A stretch of DNA of 64,000 nucleotides from Pseudomonadales bacterium. GTDB lineage: Bacteria > Pseudomonadota > Gammaproteobacteria > Pseudomonadales > Azotimanducaceae. Where the stretch lies: contig JANQOA010000208.1 in assembly GCA_028279305.1 (NCBI GenBank), positions 3,707 to 67,706 of the forward strand, in the 5' to 3' direction. The notes under the pieces were generated by a model that saw only the letters and a list, made by a program, of their open reading frames with translations, made no database searches and had not been told where the DNA came from. Shown piece by piece: positions 31,637-39,651 of this stretch. Position numbers and translations under genes: made by a program. The first letter of the stretch is position 1. Each line of letters opens with the position of its first letter.

Positions 31637-33100
31637 TTACCGTTGTGGGTTAACGGTTCTAATTAGCCGCGTGACACCAATCACGACGCCGGTGCCTGAT
31701 ATCGCCGTGAGTCCGGTGATGAGCAATATCATCCACACATCCCATATCGGTCTCAATCGGGCGATGCGGTGAAAATCTCCAGTGTGGAGAGCATTGAACA
31801 GCCACCTGTACCAACTGCGCTCGCTATCCACCGTTTCCAGGATCTCTCCTGTGACAGGGTGAAAGTAAATTCGCTCGCCGTCCGCATATAAGGCTCTATG
31901 GACCGGGAAGTAGCGCGGGGTGTGATGATCATAATAATATGCATCGCCGCTGGACAATGATACGACTTGCTGAATGCCCGTCATCGGGCGGGCAGTTTCC
32001 GCCAACTCGAGGGGTGAAAGCACACCAGGGATTTTTGACACCTGCTTATGCAGACCTTCAGTGTTGATGATAAATACCTGTAACCCGAATGCAGAGCGAC
32101 GCGCGAGTACTCGCCTTGCCGCCTCCACCTGCAGTTGGGCTGTTGCGCTTTTTGCCGCATTTAACAATTCCCCAAACGTAGCGGCGTTGCCGAGCAGACG
32201 GGCTCGTTCGGCCTGAAAACTTCGTCCTTCGAGTGCGCCCCAAGGGTTCATGCTGATCAACCCTGATACCAGCCAGGTTAACGTAAACAATCCGAACAGC
32301 AAGCCGGCGTAGTGGTGCCACTTGCTCCAGCCAAGATACGGCGAAGGCCGCCGCTTTCTCGAAAAACGAAATTGTTTGACGCCAAACACGACGCCGGTGA
32401 TCGTTAGAAACACTGCAACGATGGTCAACCATATGACAACCTGGGCCCACAATGCGGTGTCTTTCCTGAGGATGGTGGGATAGAGCCAGTGCACTACGGA
32501 TCCTATCCAGTTCCAGAACCGTTCCGACTGTGTGGTGAGCTGCACCAATTCGCCCGTCTGGCTGGACACATACCACTGCGTGTTGTCACCGCTTGCAAAC
32601 TGCAGCATGGGTCTGTGCTTATTGAAGCGGCCGTGCACGGTCCACTGATCAGTTTCGATGTGGTCGATAAAGCGGCGGTCCACCAGCCCCAGCGATTCAC
32701 CGTACTGTAAGCCAACAGCAACCAACTCCGGGTGGTTTAACCCCGACAATCTCATGCCGGTTGCGGCATCAATAATGACCGTTGCGCCACCCGTCAAGGT
32801 CGCCCTGGCCAGGGTGAGTTGCCCCCATCCTTCCAGCACAATCGAATCGACAGCCAACTGGCTTGTAGAGGCATGGGCAGTGATATCTTCACTCACCGAT
32901 GCAAGGTCGAGTTCTGGAAGCACCGCCAATCGCTGGCCCGTCTCAAGTGCGGGATACGGCACGTACATCATCACAACACCGGACAGGCACCACGCGAGCA
33001 CCAGAGTACCAAGGAGCACCCCCAGCCAGCGGTGGACGATCAAGGTCCACCGCCATAGCCGTACCGAGGCCTTAGCGGAATCTATAGCTATAGCTGACAT
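31637..33100 (-). CDS. PepSY-associated TM helix protein
   Basis: HRWLG, VHWLY, WHHYAG and ALHTGD His-containing TM segments; downstream of a TonB receptor. Confidence 0.85.
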   Translation of the reverse strand: MSAIAIDSAKASVRLWRWTLIVHRWLGVLLGTLVLAWCLSGVVMMYVPYPALETGQRLAVLPELDLASVSEDITAHASTSQLAVDSIVLEGWGQLTLARATLTGGATVIIDAATGMRLSGLNHPELVAVGLQYGESLGLVDRRFIDHIETDQWTVHGRFNKHRPMLQFASGDNTQWYVSSQTGELVQLTTQSERFWNWIGSVVHWLYPTILRKDTALWAQVVIWLTIVAVFLTITGVVFGVKQFRFSRKRRPSPYLGWSKWHHYAGLLFGLFTLTWLVSGLISMNPWGALEGRSFQAERARLLGNAATFGELLNAAKSATAQLQVEAARRVLARRSAFGLQVFIINTEGLHKQVSKIPGVLSPLELAETARPMTGIQQVVSLSSGDAYYYDHHTPRYFPVHRALYADGERIYFHPVTGEILETVDSERSWYRWLFNALHTGDFHRIARLRPIWDVWMILLITGLTAISGTGVVIGVTRLIRTVNPQR

Positions 33101-35078
33101 GCCAGGTACGCGGTGTGCCTAAGTTCGTGTACGCATAGGAAGTGCCGTCAGCGTCCCGGAACGCTCGACCCAGCGAGGAACCATAGTCCTCATCGAGTGC
33201 GTTTTCCAAACGAAGACTGACCCTATGTTTTCTATCTTCGCCCAGGTAATACGCTGCACCTAAATCCACGACGGTGTAGTTGCCGTGTTCAACCCGGCCG
33301 ATGCCGCCGCTGACCGAGTCGTACAAATCGCCGACCCGGTTAATAGACCCGGAAAGCTCAATGGGTGCATCCGGTTGCTGGTACAGCACGTTCAACTTGG
33401 CAATACGCTCCGGCACATCAGTGATTTGATCACTGCTCCCATCAGCTTCCGCTTTTGTGTCCGTGTAATCAAAGCCCACCGACAGGTAGTCGGTGGCCTG
33501 CCAATTCAAGGAGATCTCGAATCCATCAAAATCAACTTCTGCATCCGTATTGATGCGAACACCGTCAGCGCTGCCGATGAGATTGTCGACGGTACGTTTG
33601 AAAGCAATGACTTCCCAACTTAGACCCCCCCCGATATTTGTGCGTCCACCCAAAGCTAAATTAAAGTTCTCACTTTCTTCGCCTTCCAGGTCCGGATTTC
33701 CCTGCGTACAACATGGGTCGTTACCATATAGTTGCCATGCATCCGGAAAGCGAAACGAGGTGCCTGCGGTAGCCCGCACGTAGAGGCCATTGTTGAAGTT
33801 ATGCTGCCCGCTCAGGTTCCACACCGTAATATCACCCTCGCCCGAGGGTTTGTTATGCCGCACACCCACCGCCAGGCGCGTGTTCTCCATCAGGTCAGCG
33901 TTTGTGCGCACCTGCGCAAAGACCGCATTGACATCCTCGGTGTCATCCGCAATCAGCAGTACATCGTCCCGGCCGGAATAACGCTGATGGTCGAACCCCA
34001 GACTGTAATCGAAACCGCTGGGGCCATCGAACTCACCAATTACCGTAAGCCCATAGTCCTCGTATCCCCAATACTCTTCATCGCTTACCACAACGATATT
34101 CCCCGTGAGCTGGCCCATATCATCGAGTTCGTTGTCCCGGCGCGTCCACAAACTGTCCCAGTCATGGTAGTAGGCTTTAACCAACAACTTTGCCGTGTCG
34201 CTGAGTTGATGGTCGAGTTTAACTGTCACCAGGTCCTCTTCCCGCTCGTTAAATGAACGTGCGCGATTGGCCGGTGATGCCCACTCCACTTCATTTTCGG
34301 TGCGGTGATACATCAAGCTCAGCGATGACGCGTCGCTCAAATCGACCCGGTACTTTGCGCCAAAGGTAGCCACTTCATAGCCGCGGTCCCGGTCGGTACC
34401 GCTGGGCTGATAGTCGGAACTGGCAAACGGCCGGAAGCCATCCGCATCATCATAAGATCCGTAAAGGACATACTGATGACGCCCCGATGCTCCGCGGATA
34501 TCTGCATTCAGGTGAGCGCCGTCATTCTCGTCAAAACCCACACTGACGTTGCCTTCGGTTGTATCGCTGTATGCCTTGGTCACAACGTTCACAACACCGC
34601 CCACCGACTGTGTGCCGTAAAAGATACCCTGACCGCCGTACAACACTTCTACGCGTTCGACCATATGTGCGGGGACGGTGTCCAATGGCGAGGTGCTGTT
34701 ATATAAACGGTTATTGATGCGCACTCCGTCGATCAGCCACAAAATGTCCTGACATCGAGAGCCCTGCAGCGAACAGCTCATGTAGTCAAACGCGCCGTTC
34801 TTGGGCGCGAGATAGAGCCCCGGCACCAGCATTTGCAAGGATTGGCTCAAGTCGTTAAATCCGGCCAGTTCTATCTGTTCGCCCGGGATAACCTCCACGC
34901 GATTGCCATATTGTCCAAGTTTTATGGGGATCGTCTCTTCGAGACTGCCCACAATAATAAGTTCCTCTTCTAATTTCTCATCCGACCCTAGAACAGGGTG
35001 TGCGAATATCAACAGACCGCAGAACAGTCCGTGCATCGATTTGTGAATGCTGAAATTTCCCAACATATAGTCCTCCAT
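33072..35078 (-). CDS. TonB-dependent receptor
   Basis: LIDGVRIN, VERVEVLYG..YGTQSVGGVVNVVTK, ENALDEDY, C-terminal YRFR; GGAGG near the start. Confidence 0.9.
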   Translation of the reverse strand: MEDYMLGNFSIHKSMHGLFCGLLIFAHPVLGSDEKLEEELIIVGSLEETIPIKLGQYGNRVEVIPGEQIELAGFNDLSQSLQMLVPGLYLAPKNGAFDYMSCSLQGSRCQDILWLIDGVRINNRLYNSTSPLDTVPAHMVERVEVLYGGQGIFYGTQSVGGVVNVVTKAYSDTTEGNVSVGFDENDGAHLNADIRGASGRHQYVLYGSYDDADGFRPFASSDYQPSGTDRDRGYEVATFGAKYRVDLSDASSLSLMYHRTENEVEWASPANRARSFNEREEDLVTVKLDHQLSDTAKLLVKAYYHDWDSLWTRRDNELDDMGQLTGNIVVVSDEEYWGYEDYGLTVIGEFDGPSGFDYSLGFDHQRYSGRDDVLLIADDTEDVNAVFAQVRTNADLMENTRLAVGVRHNKPSGEGDITVWNLSGQHNFNNGLYVRATAGTSFRFPDAWQLYGNDPCCTQGNPDLEGEESENFNLALGGRTNIGGGLSWEVIAFKRTVDNLIGSADGVRINTDAEVDFDGFEISLNWQATDYLSVGFDYTDTKAEADGSSDQITDVPERIAKLNVLYQQPDAPIELSGSINRVGDLYDSVSGGIGRVEHGNYTVVDLGAAYYLGEDRKHRVSLRLENALDEDYGSSLGRAFRDADGTSYAYTNLGTPRTWHVSYSYRFR

Positions 35079-35144
35079 TTTCTATTTGTATCCTGAGTCT
35101 TTGTCCGATGGGCCTGTGCGTTCGCCTCATCGTGCTCTTATTTG

Positions 35145-35345
35145 TTATCCTGCTCGGTTTGCGTTGAGTTGAGACAGTCTTTTCTGCAACGATTGTTTTA
35201 GACGGTTTCTGGCAAAGGGCTTCATCTTCTTCCACTGGTCGCATTCCTGCCGCGTGCGCCCACAACCCAGGCACCAGCCATGGGGCCCGGAGAACTCACA
35301 GACGTCTATACAGGGGCTGCCGTGTCGTTTCGATTTACCGCTCAC
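35145..35345 (-). CDS. DUF1289 family small Cys protein
   Basis: SPCIDVC...WCLGCGRTRQE..W. Confidence 0.8.
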   Translation of the reverse strand: MSGKSKRHGSPCIDVCEFSGPHGWCLGCGRTRQECDQWKKMKPFARNRLKQSLQKRLSQLNANRAG

Positions 35346-35371
35346 CTGAACTCCCTCGTCAAAACACGGCG

Positions 35372-35809
35372 CTAAAGCGTGCTTAATACCTGGTCGATGG
35401 CCGGTTCCAACTGCCGTAGCTGATTGAGCTCGTGCAGAAGACGGTCTTCCAGGTTCTTGAAATTCAGGGGGAGTGTTTTTTGACAGATGCTGTATCCGGT
35501 ACCATCAGTCTGATACCCCTTCCAACGCTGGATACGCTCGCCCTCAAGCGCCAGCAAAGTCTGAATGAACAATGCTTGGGACGGGCAGTCTTCTTCAGCG
35601 TGCAGGCAGATCGGGAAGGCTTTCTGTTTGATCTGTGCGGCCTCGATATAGGTCTCGAAATGAACGCCGCCCTGATTGTCATTGTGCCAGTTAGTTTTGT
35701 AGAGCTGCAGATAGCTGCCGCGGTTGTAGATTTGCCAATTCTCGTCAAACCAACGGGACTGCTTTAAGTTCTTCTCCAGTTTGCGGAATACGTTTTTTAC
35801 ATCTTTCAT
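35372..35809 (-). CDS. Hypothetical protein in the metal-uptake operon
   Basis: 145-aa ORF starting 10 bp after the solute-binding protein stop, same strand, preceded by AGGTGG. Confidence 0.75.
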   Translation of the reverse strand: MKDVKNVFRKLEKNLKQSRWFDENWQIYNRGSYLQLYKTNWHNDNQGGVHFETYIEAAQIKQKAFPICLHAEEDCPSQALFIQTLLALEGERIQRWKGYQTDGTGYSICQKTLPLNFKNLEDRLLHELNQLRQLEPAIDQVLSTL

Positions 35810-35818
35810 CTATGCCAC

Positions 35819-36772
35819 CTATTGCGGCTGGTTCTTTGCAAGACCTTTAACGGGACCCAGTGCGCGAACTAACGTTTCGACGTTGTGCCGCATCATCTCC
35901 AGGTAGGTGCCCGCCGGACCTTGCGCCTCACTCAACGCATCCGAGTAGAGGCGGCCACCAACGGCAATACCCGCCTCGGACCCGATACGGTGCACTAACC
36001 GCGGATTGGTAATGTTCTCCACAAATAGAGCTTGAACCTGATACTCACGTATCTGATCAATTACTGCGGCAACGTCCGCCGCGGAGGCGTCAACCTCCGC
36101 GCTCAGCCCAAGGGGTGCCAGGAACTGAATCTGCAGCTCCCGCCCCAAGTAGGCAAACGCATCGTGACTCGTCACAACGATCCGCTGCGGGACGGCGATG
36201 GCTGAAATTTGTTTCAAGAGGTCCTGCTCAAGGGCGCTCAAGGCGCGAAGATATTGTCGCCTTTGTTGATCAAACGTTTTGGCATGTTTTGGCAGAAGCT
36301 CGATCAGCTTGTCCGAAATGTTGTGCACGTATACACGGATGTTCTGAAAACTCTGCCAGGCATGGGGATCGGGTTCATCCCCGTGCGTGATGACATGTAC
36401 GCCATGGCTGGCGATGAGCTTATGGCTCATATACCCGCTGTTGGCTAGCAGGCGCGACATCCAGCCTTCGAACGCCAAACCATTGAAAACAACGAGATCC
36501 GCGTCGGCTAGTGCAGCTGCGTCGGAAGGTTTAGGGCGGTAGGTGTGTGCATCAGCGTTAGGCCCAACCAGATTCACAACTTCCACATGTTTCCCGCCAA
36601 GCTCATCGACCAGGTTTTCGAGAATCGAAAAACTGGTGACAACACGTAAGGGTGCATCTTCGCGTGCCGGCCCGGCTGCAGAGGTGTCTGCCAAGCTGTT
36701 ACCGGGGTAGGCTTCGCTGGCGCTGAGCGTAGTGAGCAGCAGGAAATAAAAGAGTGTCACAAGGTAACGCAT
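35819..36772 (-). CDS. Zn/Mn ABC transporter solute-binding protein (cluster A-I)
   Basis: VVTSFSIL, DAHTY, DPHAW, SHDAFAY, LYSDAL. Confidence 0.92.
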   Translation of the reverse strand: MRYLVTLFYFLLLTTLSASEAYPGNSLADTSAAGPAREDAPLRVVTSFSILENLVDELGGKHVEVVNLVGPNADAHTYRPKPSDAAALADADLVVFNGLAFEGWMSRLLANSGYMSHKLIASHGVHVITHGDEPDPHAWQSFQNIRVYVHNISDKLIELLPKHAKTFDQQRRQYLRALSALEQDLLKQISAIAVPQRIVVTSHDAFAYLGRELQIQFLAPLGLSAEVDASAADVAAVIDQIREYQVQALFVENITNPRLVHRIGSEAGIAVGGRLYSDALSEAQGPAGTYLEMMRHNVETLVRALGPVKGLAKNQPQ

Positions 36773-36774
36773 AG

Positions 36775-37641
36775 TTATCCTGTGAGATGACGCTGCGTAT
36801 GGCGCTTTTCAAACAGGCTGCCGTTCGAACCGAAAAGCAGCGAGCCCACGTAGCCTGTGCCCAACGTCAGTACTATGGCGGGCCCGGCAGGGACGTCGAA
36901 GTTAAATGAGATCATCAGCCCCAGATAGCTGCTACCGAAGCCGAATATCAGCGCCGTGAGCATGATGCCATCCATGGTCTTGGCCCAGAAGCGTGCTGCG
37001 GCTGCGGGAAGGATCATGATGCCGATCGCCATCAATGTTCCCAAGGCGTGAAATCCCGCCACCAGGTTCAGTACCATCAGAAACAGAAAGCCGAAGTGGG
37101 CAATGGAGCTTGCGCGCCCCTCAAGGCGCAGGAATTGCGGGTCGACGCACTCTATTACCAGCGGCCGGAACAAACAGGCGAATGTGACCAGACTGATGGT
37201 ACTGATGCCGGCCAGCAAAAAGAGGGCGGCATCGTCAAGGGACAGGATGTTGCCAAAAAGCACATGGAACAAATCCGCGTTTCGGTCTTTAAGTGACATG
37301 ACCAGAACGCCCAAGGCAAGTGAGATTAGGCAAAACGATGCCAGGCTTGTGTCTTCTTTGCTGTGGGTAGTGCGGGCAACCCACCCGGCGAGTACGGCGA
37401 CAACCAGCCCAGCCAGCAAACCTCCCAGGCTCAGCCCGACCAGCGACATCCCCGTCAACAGATATGCAGTGGCCGCACCGGGCAATATGGCATGTGCCAT
37501 CGCGTCACCGGTCAAGCTCATGCGTCGAAGCGTCATAAACACGCCGATAGGCACCGCACCCAGACATACGGCCAAGCTGCCGACGAGTGCGCGCTGCATA
37601 AAGTCATATTCAGCGAAGGGGGCAAAAAGTGAAGTATCCAT
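36775..37641 (-). CDS. Metal ABC transporter permease (ZnuB/AztB-like)
   Basis: RRMSLTGDAMAHAILPG, DLFHVLFG, PAGPAIVL. Confidence 0.92.
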   Translation of the reverse strand: MDTSLFAPFAEYDFMQRALVGSLAVCLGAVPIGVFMTLRRMSLTGDAMAHAILPGAATAYLLTGMSLVGLSLGGLLAGLVVAVLAGWVARTTHSKEDTSLASFCLISLALGVLVMSLKDRNADLFHVLFGNILSLDDAALFLLAGISTISLVTFACLFRPLVIECVDPQFLRLEGRASSIAHFGFLFLMVLNLVAGFHALGTLMAIGIMILPAAAARFWAKTMDGIMLTALIFGFGSSYLGLMISFNFDVPAGPAIVLTLGTGYVGSLLFGSNGSLFEKRHTQRHLTG

Positions 37642-37643
37642 AT

Positions 37644-38375
37644 TTAGGTTGCGCCCAGGCTGCACCAGCGCGCGCTGTCATCGAATGCTTCAAAGTGTTG
37701 CCTGGCCTTGAGCAGGTTATCTGGGGTGAGGACGTCTTTGGTGGCGCCATATCCAATGCACTCCCGCGCCAGTAACAAAGTCCGGGGACAATGCGCCTGT
37801 ATATAGTCGAGATCATGCGTCACCATGATCACGGTGCGTGCTTCCCGGTGCCATTGATGTATGACGTCTGTCAGATCTGAGAGCGTATTGACGTCAATGG
37901 CGTTGAACGGCTCATCCAACAAGATCACCGGTAGATCCTGCAGCAGGACCCGAGCAAACAGGCTGCGCTGCAGTTGCCCGCCCGATAGGGTGCCGATCAG
38001 ACGTCCCTCAAACCCCTGCAGACCCACAGCGGCGATAGCCTCCTCGCAGCGTTGGAGCTGATCGTCATTAACGGCTTTTGTTACGCCGAGAGTGGTCCAT
38101 AACCCCGTTGATACCAGTTCGCCTACGGTGATCGGGAAGCTCCTGTCCAGCCGTACCTGCTGAGGCAAATAGGCCACAGAGCTGGGGTGCAAGCCGTCTA
38201 TGCTCCCCTCTTGAATAGGCGAGAGGCCCGCCATTGCGTTTAATAGTGTCGACTTACCCGCACCGTTGGGCCCCGCGATGGCTAACCACTCACCTGGCGC
38301 AATCGATGCTGAGACATGGTGGACCACCGGATGCCGCTCGTAAGTAAGCGTGAGGTTATTCAGTTGAATATTCAT
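37644..38375 (-). CDS. Metal ABC transporter ATPase (ZnuC/AztA-like)
   Basis: GPNGAGKST, LSGGQLQR, LLDEP; ATG at 38375. Confidence 0.92.
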   Translation of the reverse strand: MNIQLNNLTLTYERHPVVHHVSASIAPGEWLAIAGPNGAGKSTLLNAMAGLSPIQEGSIDGLHPSSVAYLPQQVRLDRSFPITVGELVSTGLWTTLGVTKAVNDDQLQRCEEAIAAVGLQGFEGRLIGTLSGGQLQRSLFARVLLQDLPVILLDEPFNAIDVNTLSDLTDVIHQWHREARTVIMVTHDLDYIQAHCPRTLLLARECIGYGATKDVLTPDNLLKARQHFEAFDDSARWCSLGAT

Positions 38376-38497
38376 GACGACTGGGTGATCCCTGCGACCA
38401 TCAACCATACGAACCCGCTCAGCACCAGCGCCAAAGCCAGCCGGTTGACGGTACTCCAATACAGAAGAGGCTTGATGCGCTGCCGAATTCTGGCCAT
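38372..38497 (-). CDS. 41-aa small membrane protein, below the ORF-track cutoff
   Basis: MARIRQRIKPLLYWSTVNRLALALVLSGFVWLMVAGITQSS*; TGATG overlap with the zur stop and ATGA overlap with the ATPase start. Confidence 0.75.
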   Translation of the reverse strand: MARIRQRIKPLLYWSTVNRLALALVLSGFVWLMVAGITQSS

Positions 38498-38967
38498 CAC
38501 TCGGACGCCGTTTCCAGACAGTGGCGGCATACGCACTGCAGTTCCAATTGGGAGTTCCTGAGGGTGTACCCGGCTGTATCCACCAACGGACTCAGCTCAT
38601 CGATAAAGTCTCTGGGCACCGCAACCTCCCTCGCGCCGTCACATTCGCCGCAGACCAGGAACAGCACAGCGTCATGCGCCTTGTCAGAAGCGATATGCGC
38701 ACAGGCGATGTACTTTTTTGTGGAGCTCAGCTTATGGACCAAATCCCCCGCCTCGAGGAAGTCCATAATGCGATAGACCGATATTGTGGGTATGGAGTCC
38801 GGGAACGTTGCGTTGTAGGCATCCTTGATTTCGTACGCCGACAGAAGTTTGTTTGCCTCCAGAAGGAGTTCCAGAACCCGTTTGCGCTTTTCAGTCAAAC
38901 GCCCGCCCGAACCGGTACAAACTTCCCGAGCTTTGTCCAAGACAAGACTGAGTTGCTGTGGGTCCAT
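38497..38967 (-). CDS. zur: Fur-family regulator, Zur-type
   Basis: RLTEKRKRVL, SVYRIMDFL, YIACAH, FLVCGEC, CRHC; heads the metal ABC operon. May be a paralogue of the housekeeping zur. Confidence 0.8.
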   Translation of the reverse strand: MDPQQLSLVLDKAREVCTGSGGRLTEKRKRVLELLLEANKLLSAYEIKDAYNATFPDSIPTISVYRIMDFLEAGDLVHKLSSTKKYIACAHIASDKAHDAVLFLVCGECDGAREVAVPRDFIDELSPLVDTAGYTLRNSQLELQCVCRHCLETASE

Positions 38968-39018
38968 ATTCGTGGCCTCGAATCAAAGGAAAGCGATAGG
39001 GTTTTTGTTACCGCTTAT

Positions 39019-39033
39019 TGTTACGTTATAACG
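39019..39033. promoter_or_regulatory. Zur-box-like site upstream of zur
   Basis: TGTTAC-GTT-ATAACG resembles TGTTAT-N3-ATAACA; contains TATAAC on the minus strand. Confidence 0.65.
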
Positions 39034-39139
39034 TATCTTTTTTCAACACCTTGCTGCAAAGAGGAAACAGCAAAGTTCTAGAACTGCCGAATCGCCCCCT
39101 GGGGGAATTTGAAGGTGATAAAGGGCGGGAACTTCTCTA

Positions 39140-39499
39140 TGGTGACCAGGAGAGGACTTACGTCGAACCACGGGTTCGACGGTCCGAGCGCGGAAGCGCG
39201 TGTTAGCGCGACCGAAGTAAGCGAGGAGGGTTCAAGTCTGACGCGAATTCCTCGAAACTTGGTGCCCAGGAGAGGACTTACGTCAAACCATGGGTTCGAC
39301 GGTCCGAGCGCGGGAGCGCGTATTAGCGCGACCGAAGTAAGCGAGGAGGGTTCAAGTCTGACGCGACTTCCTCGAAACTTGGTGCCCAGGAGAGGACTTA
39401 CGTCGAACCATGGGTTCGACGGTCCGAGTGCGGGAGCGCGTGTTAGCGCGACCGAAGTAAGCGAGGAGGGTTCAAGTCTGACGCGAATTCCTCGAAACT
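39140..39499 (-). repeat. Three tandem 120-bp repeats, each ending in the 3'-terminal 20 nt of tRNA-Leu
   Basis: Units 39140-39259, 39260-39379 and 39380-39499 differ from their consensus at 3, 3 and 1 positions; each contains TGGTG(C/A)CCAGGAGAGGACTT. Confidence 0.95.
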
Positions 39500-39586
39500 T
39501 GGTGCCCAGGAGAGGACTTGAACCTCCACGGGGTTACCCCCACTAGCACCTGAAGCTAGCGTGTCTACCAATTTCACCACCTGGGC
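39500..39586 (-). tRNA. tRNA-Leu(CAG)
   Basis: GCCCAGGTGGTGAAATTGGTAGACACGCTAGCTTCAGGTGCTAGTGGGGGTAACCCCGTGGAGGTTCAAGTCCTCTCCTGGGCACCA; long variable arm, encoded CCA. Confidence 0.97.
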
Positions 39587-39598
39587 GTGGGGTCGCGC

Positions 39599-39628
39599 AC
39601 TGTACTGAAATTGGCTACCAGGTGTCAA
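39599..39628 (-). promoter_or_regulatory. sigma70 promoter of tRNA-Leu
   Basis: TTGACA-N18-TACAGT followed by a GC-rich discriminator (GCGCGAC). Confidence 0.65.
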
Positions 39629-39651
39629 ATCAGTTAAATAAGGCGGCCAAC

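Noticed and set aside
35079-35144. Cobalamin riboswitch upstream of the TonB receptor
   Set aside because: The gap is only 66 bp and has no B12-box motif.
39140-39499. CRISPR array
   Set aside because: The would-be spacers are near-identical 100-bp sequences, the repeat is a tRNA end, and no cas genes are present.
39140-39499. Additional tRNA genes
   Set aside because: Units lack a 5' acceptor strand complementary to CCTGGGC, a D-arm and an anticodon arm.
39109-39546. 145-aa ORF with 40-aa repeats
   Set aside because: It is the antisense translation of the 120-bp repeats and overlaps the tRNA; no independent coding evidence.
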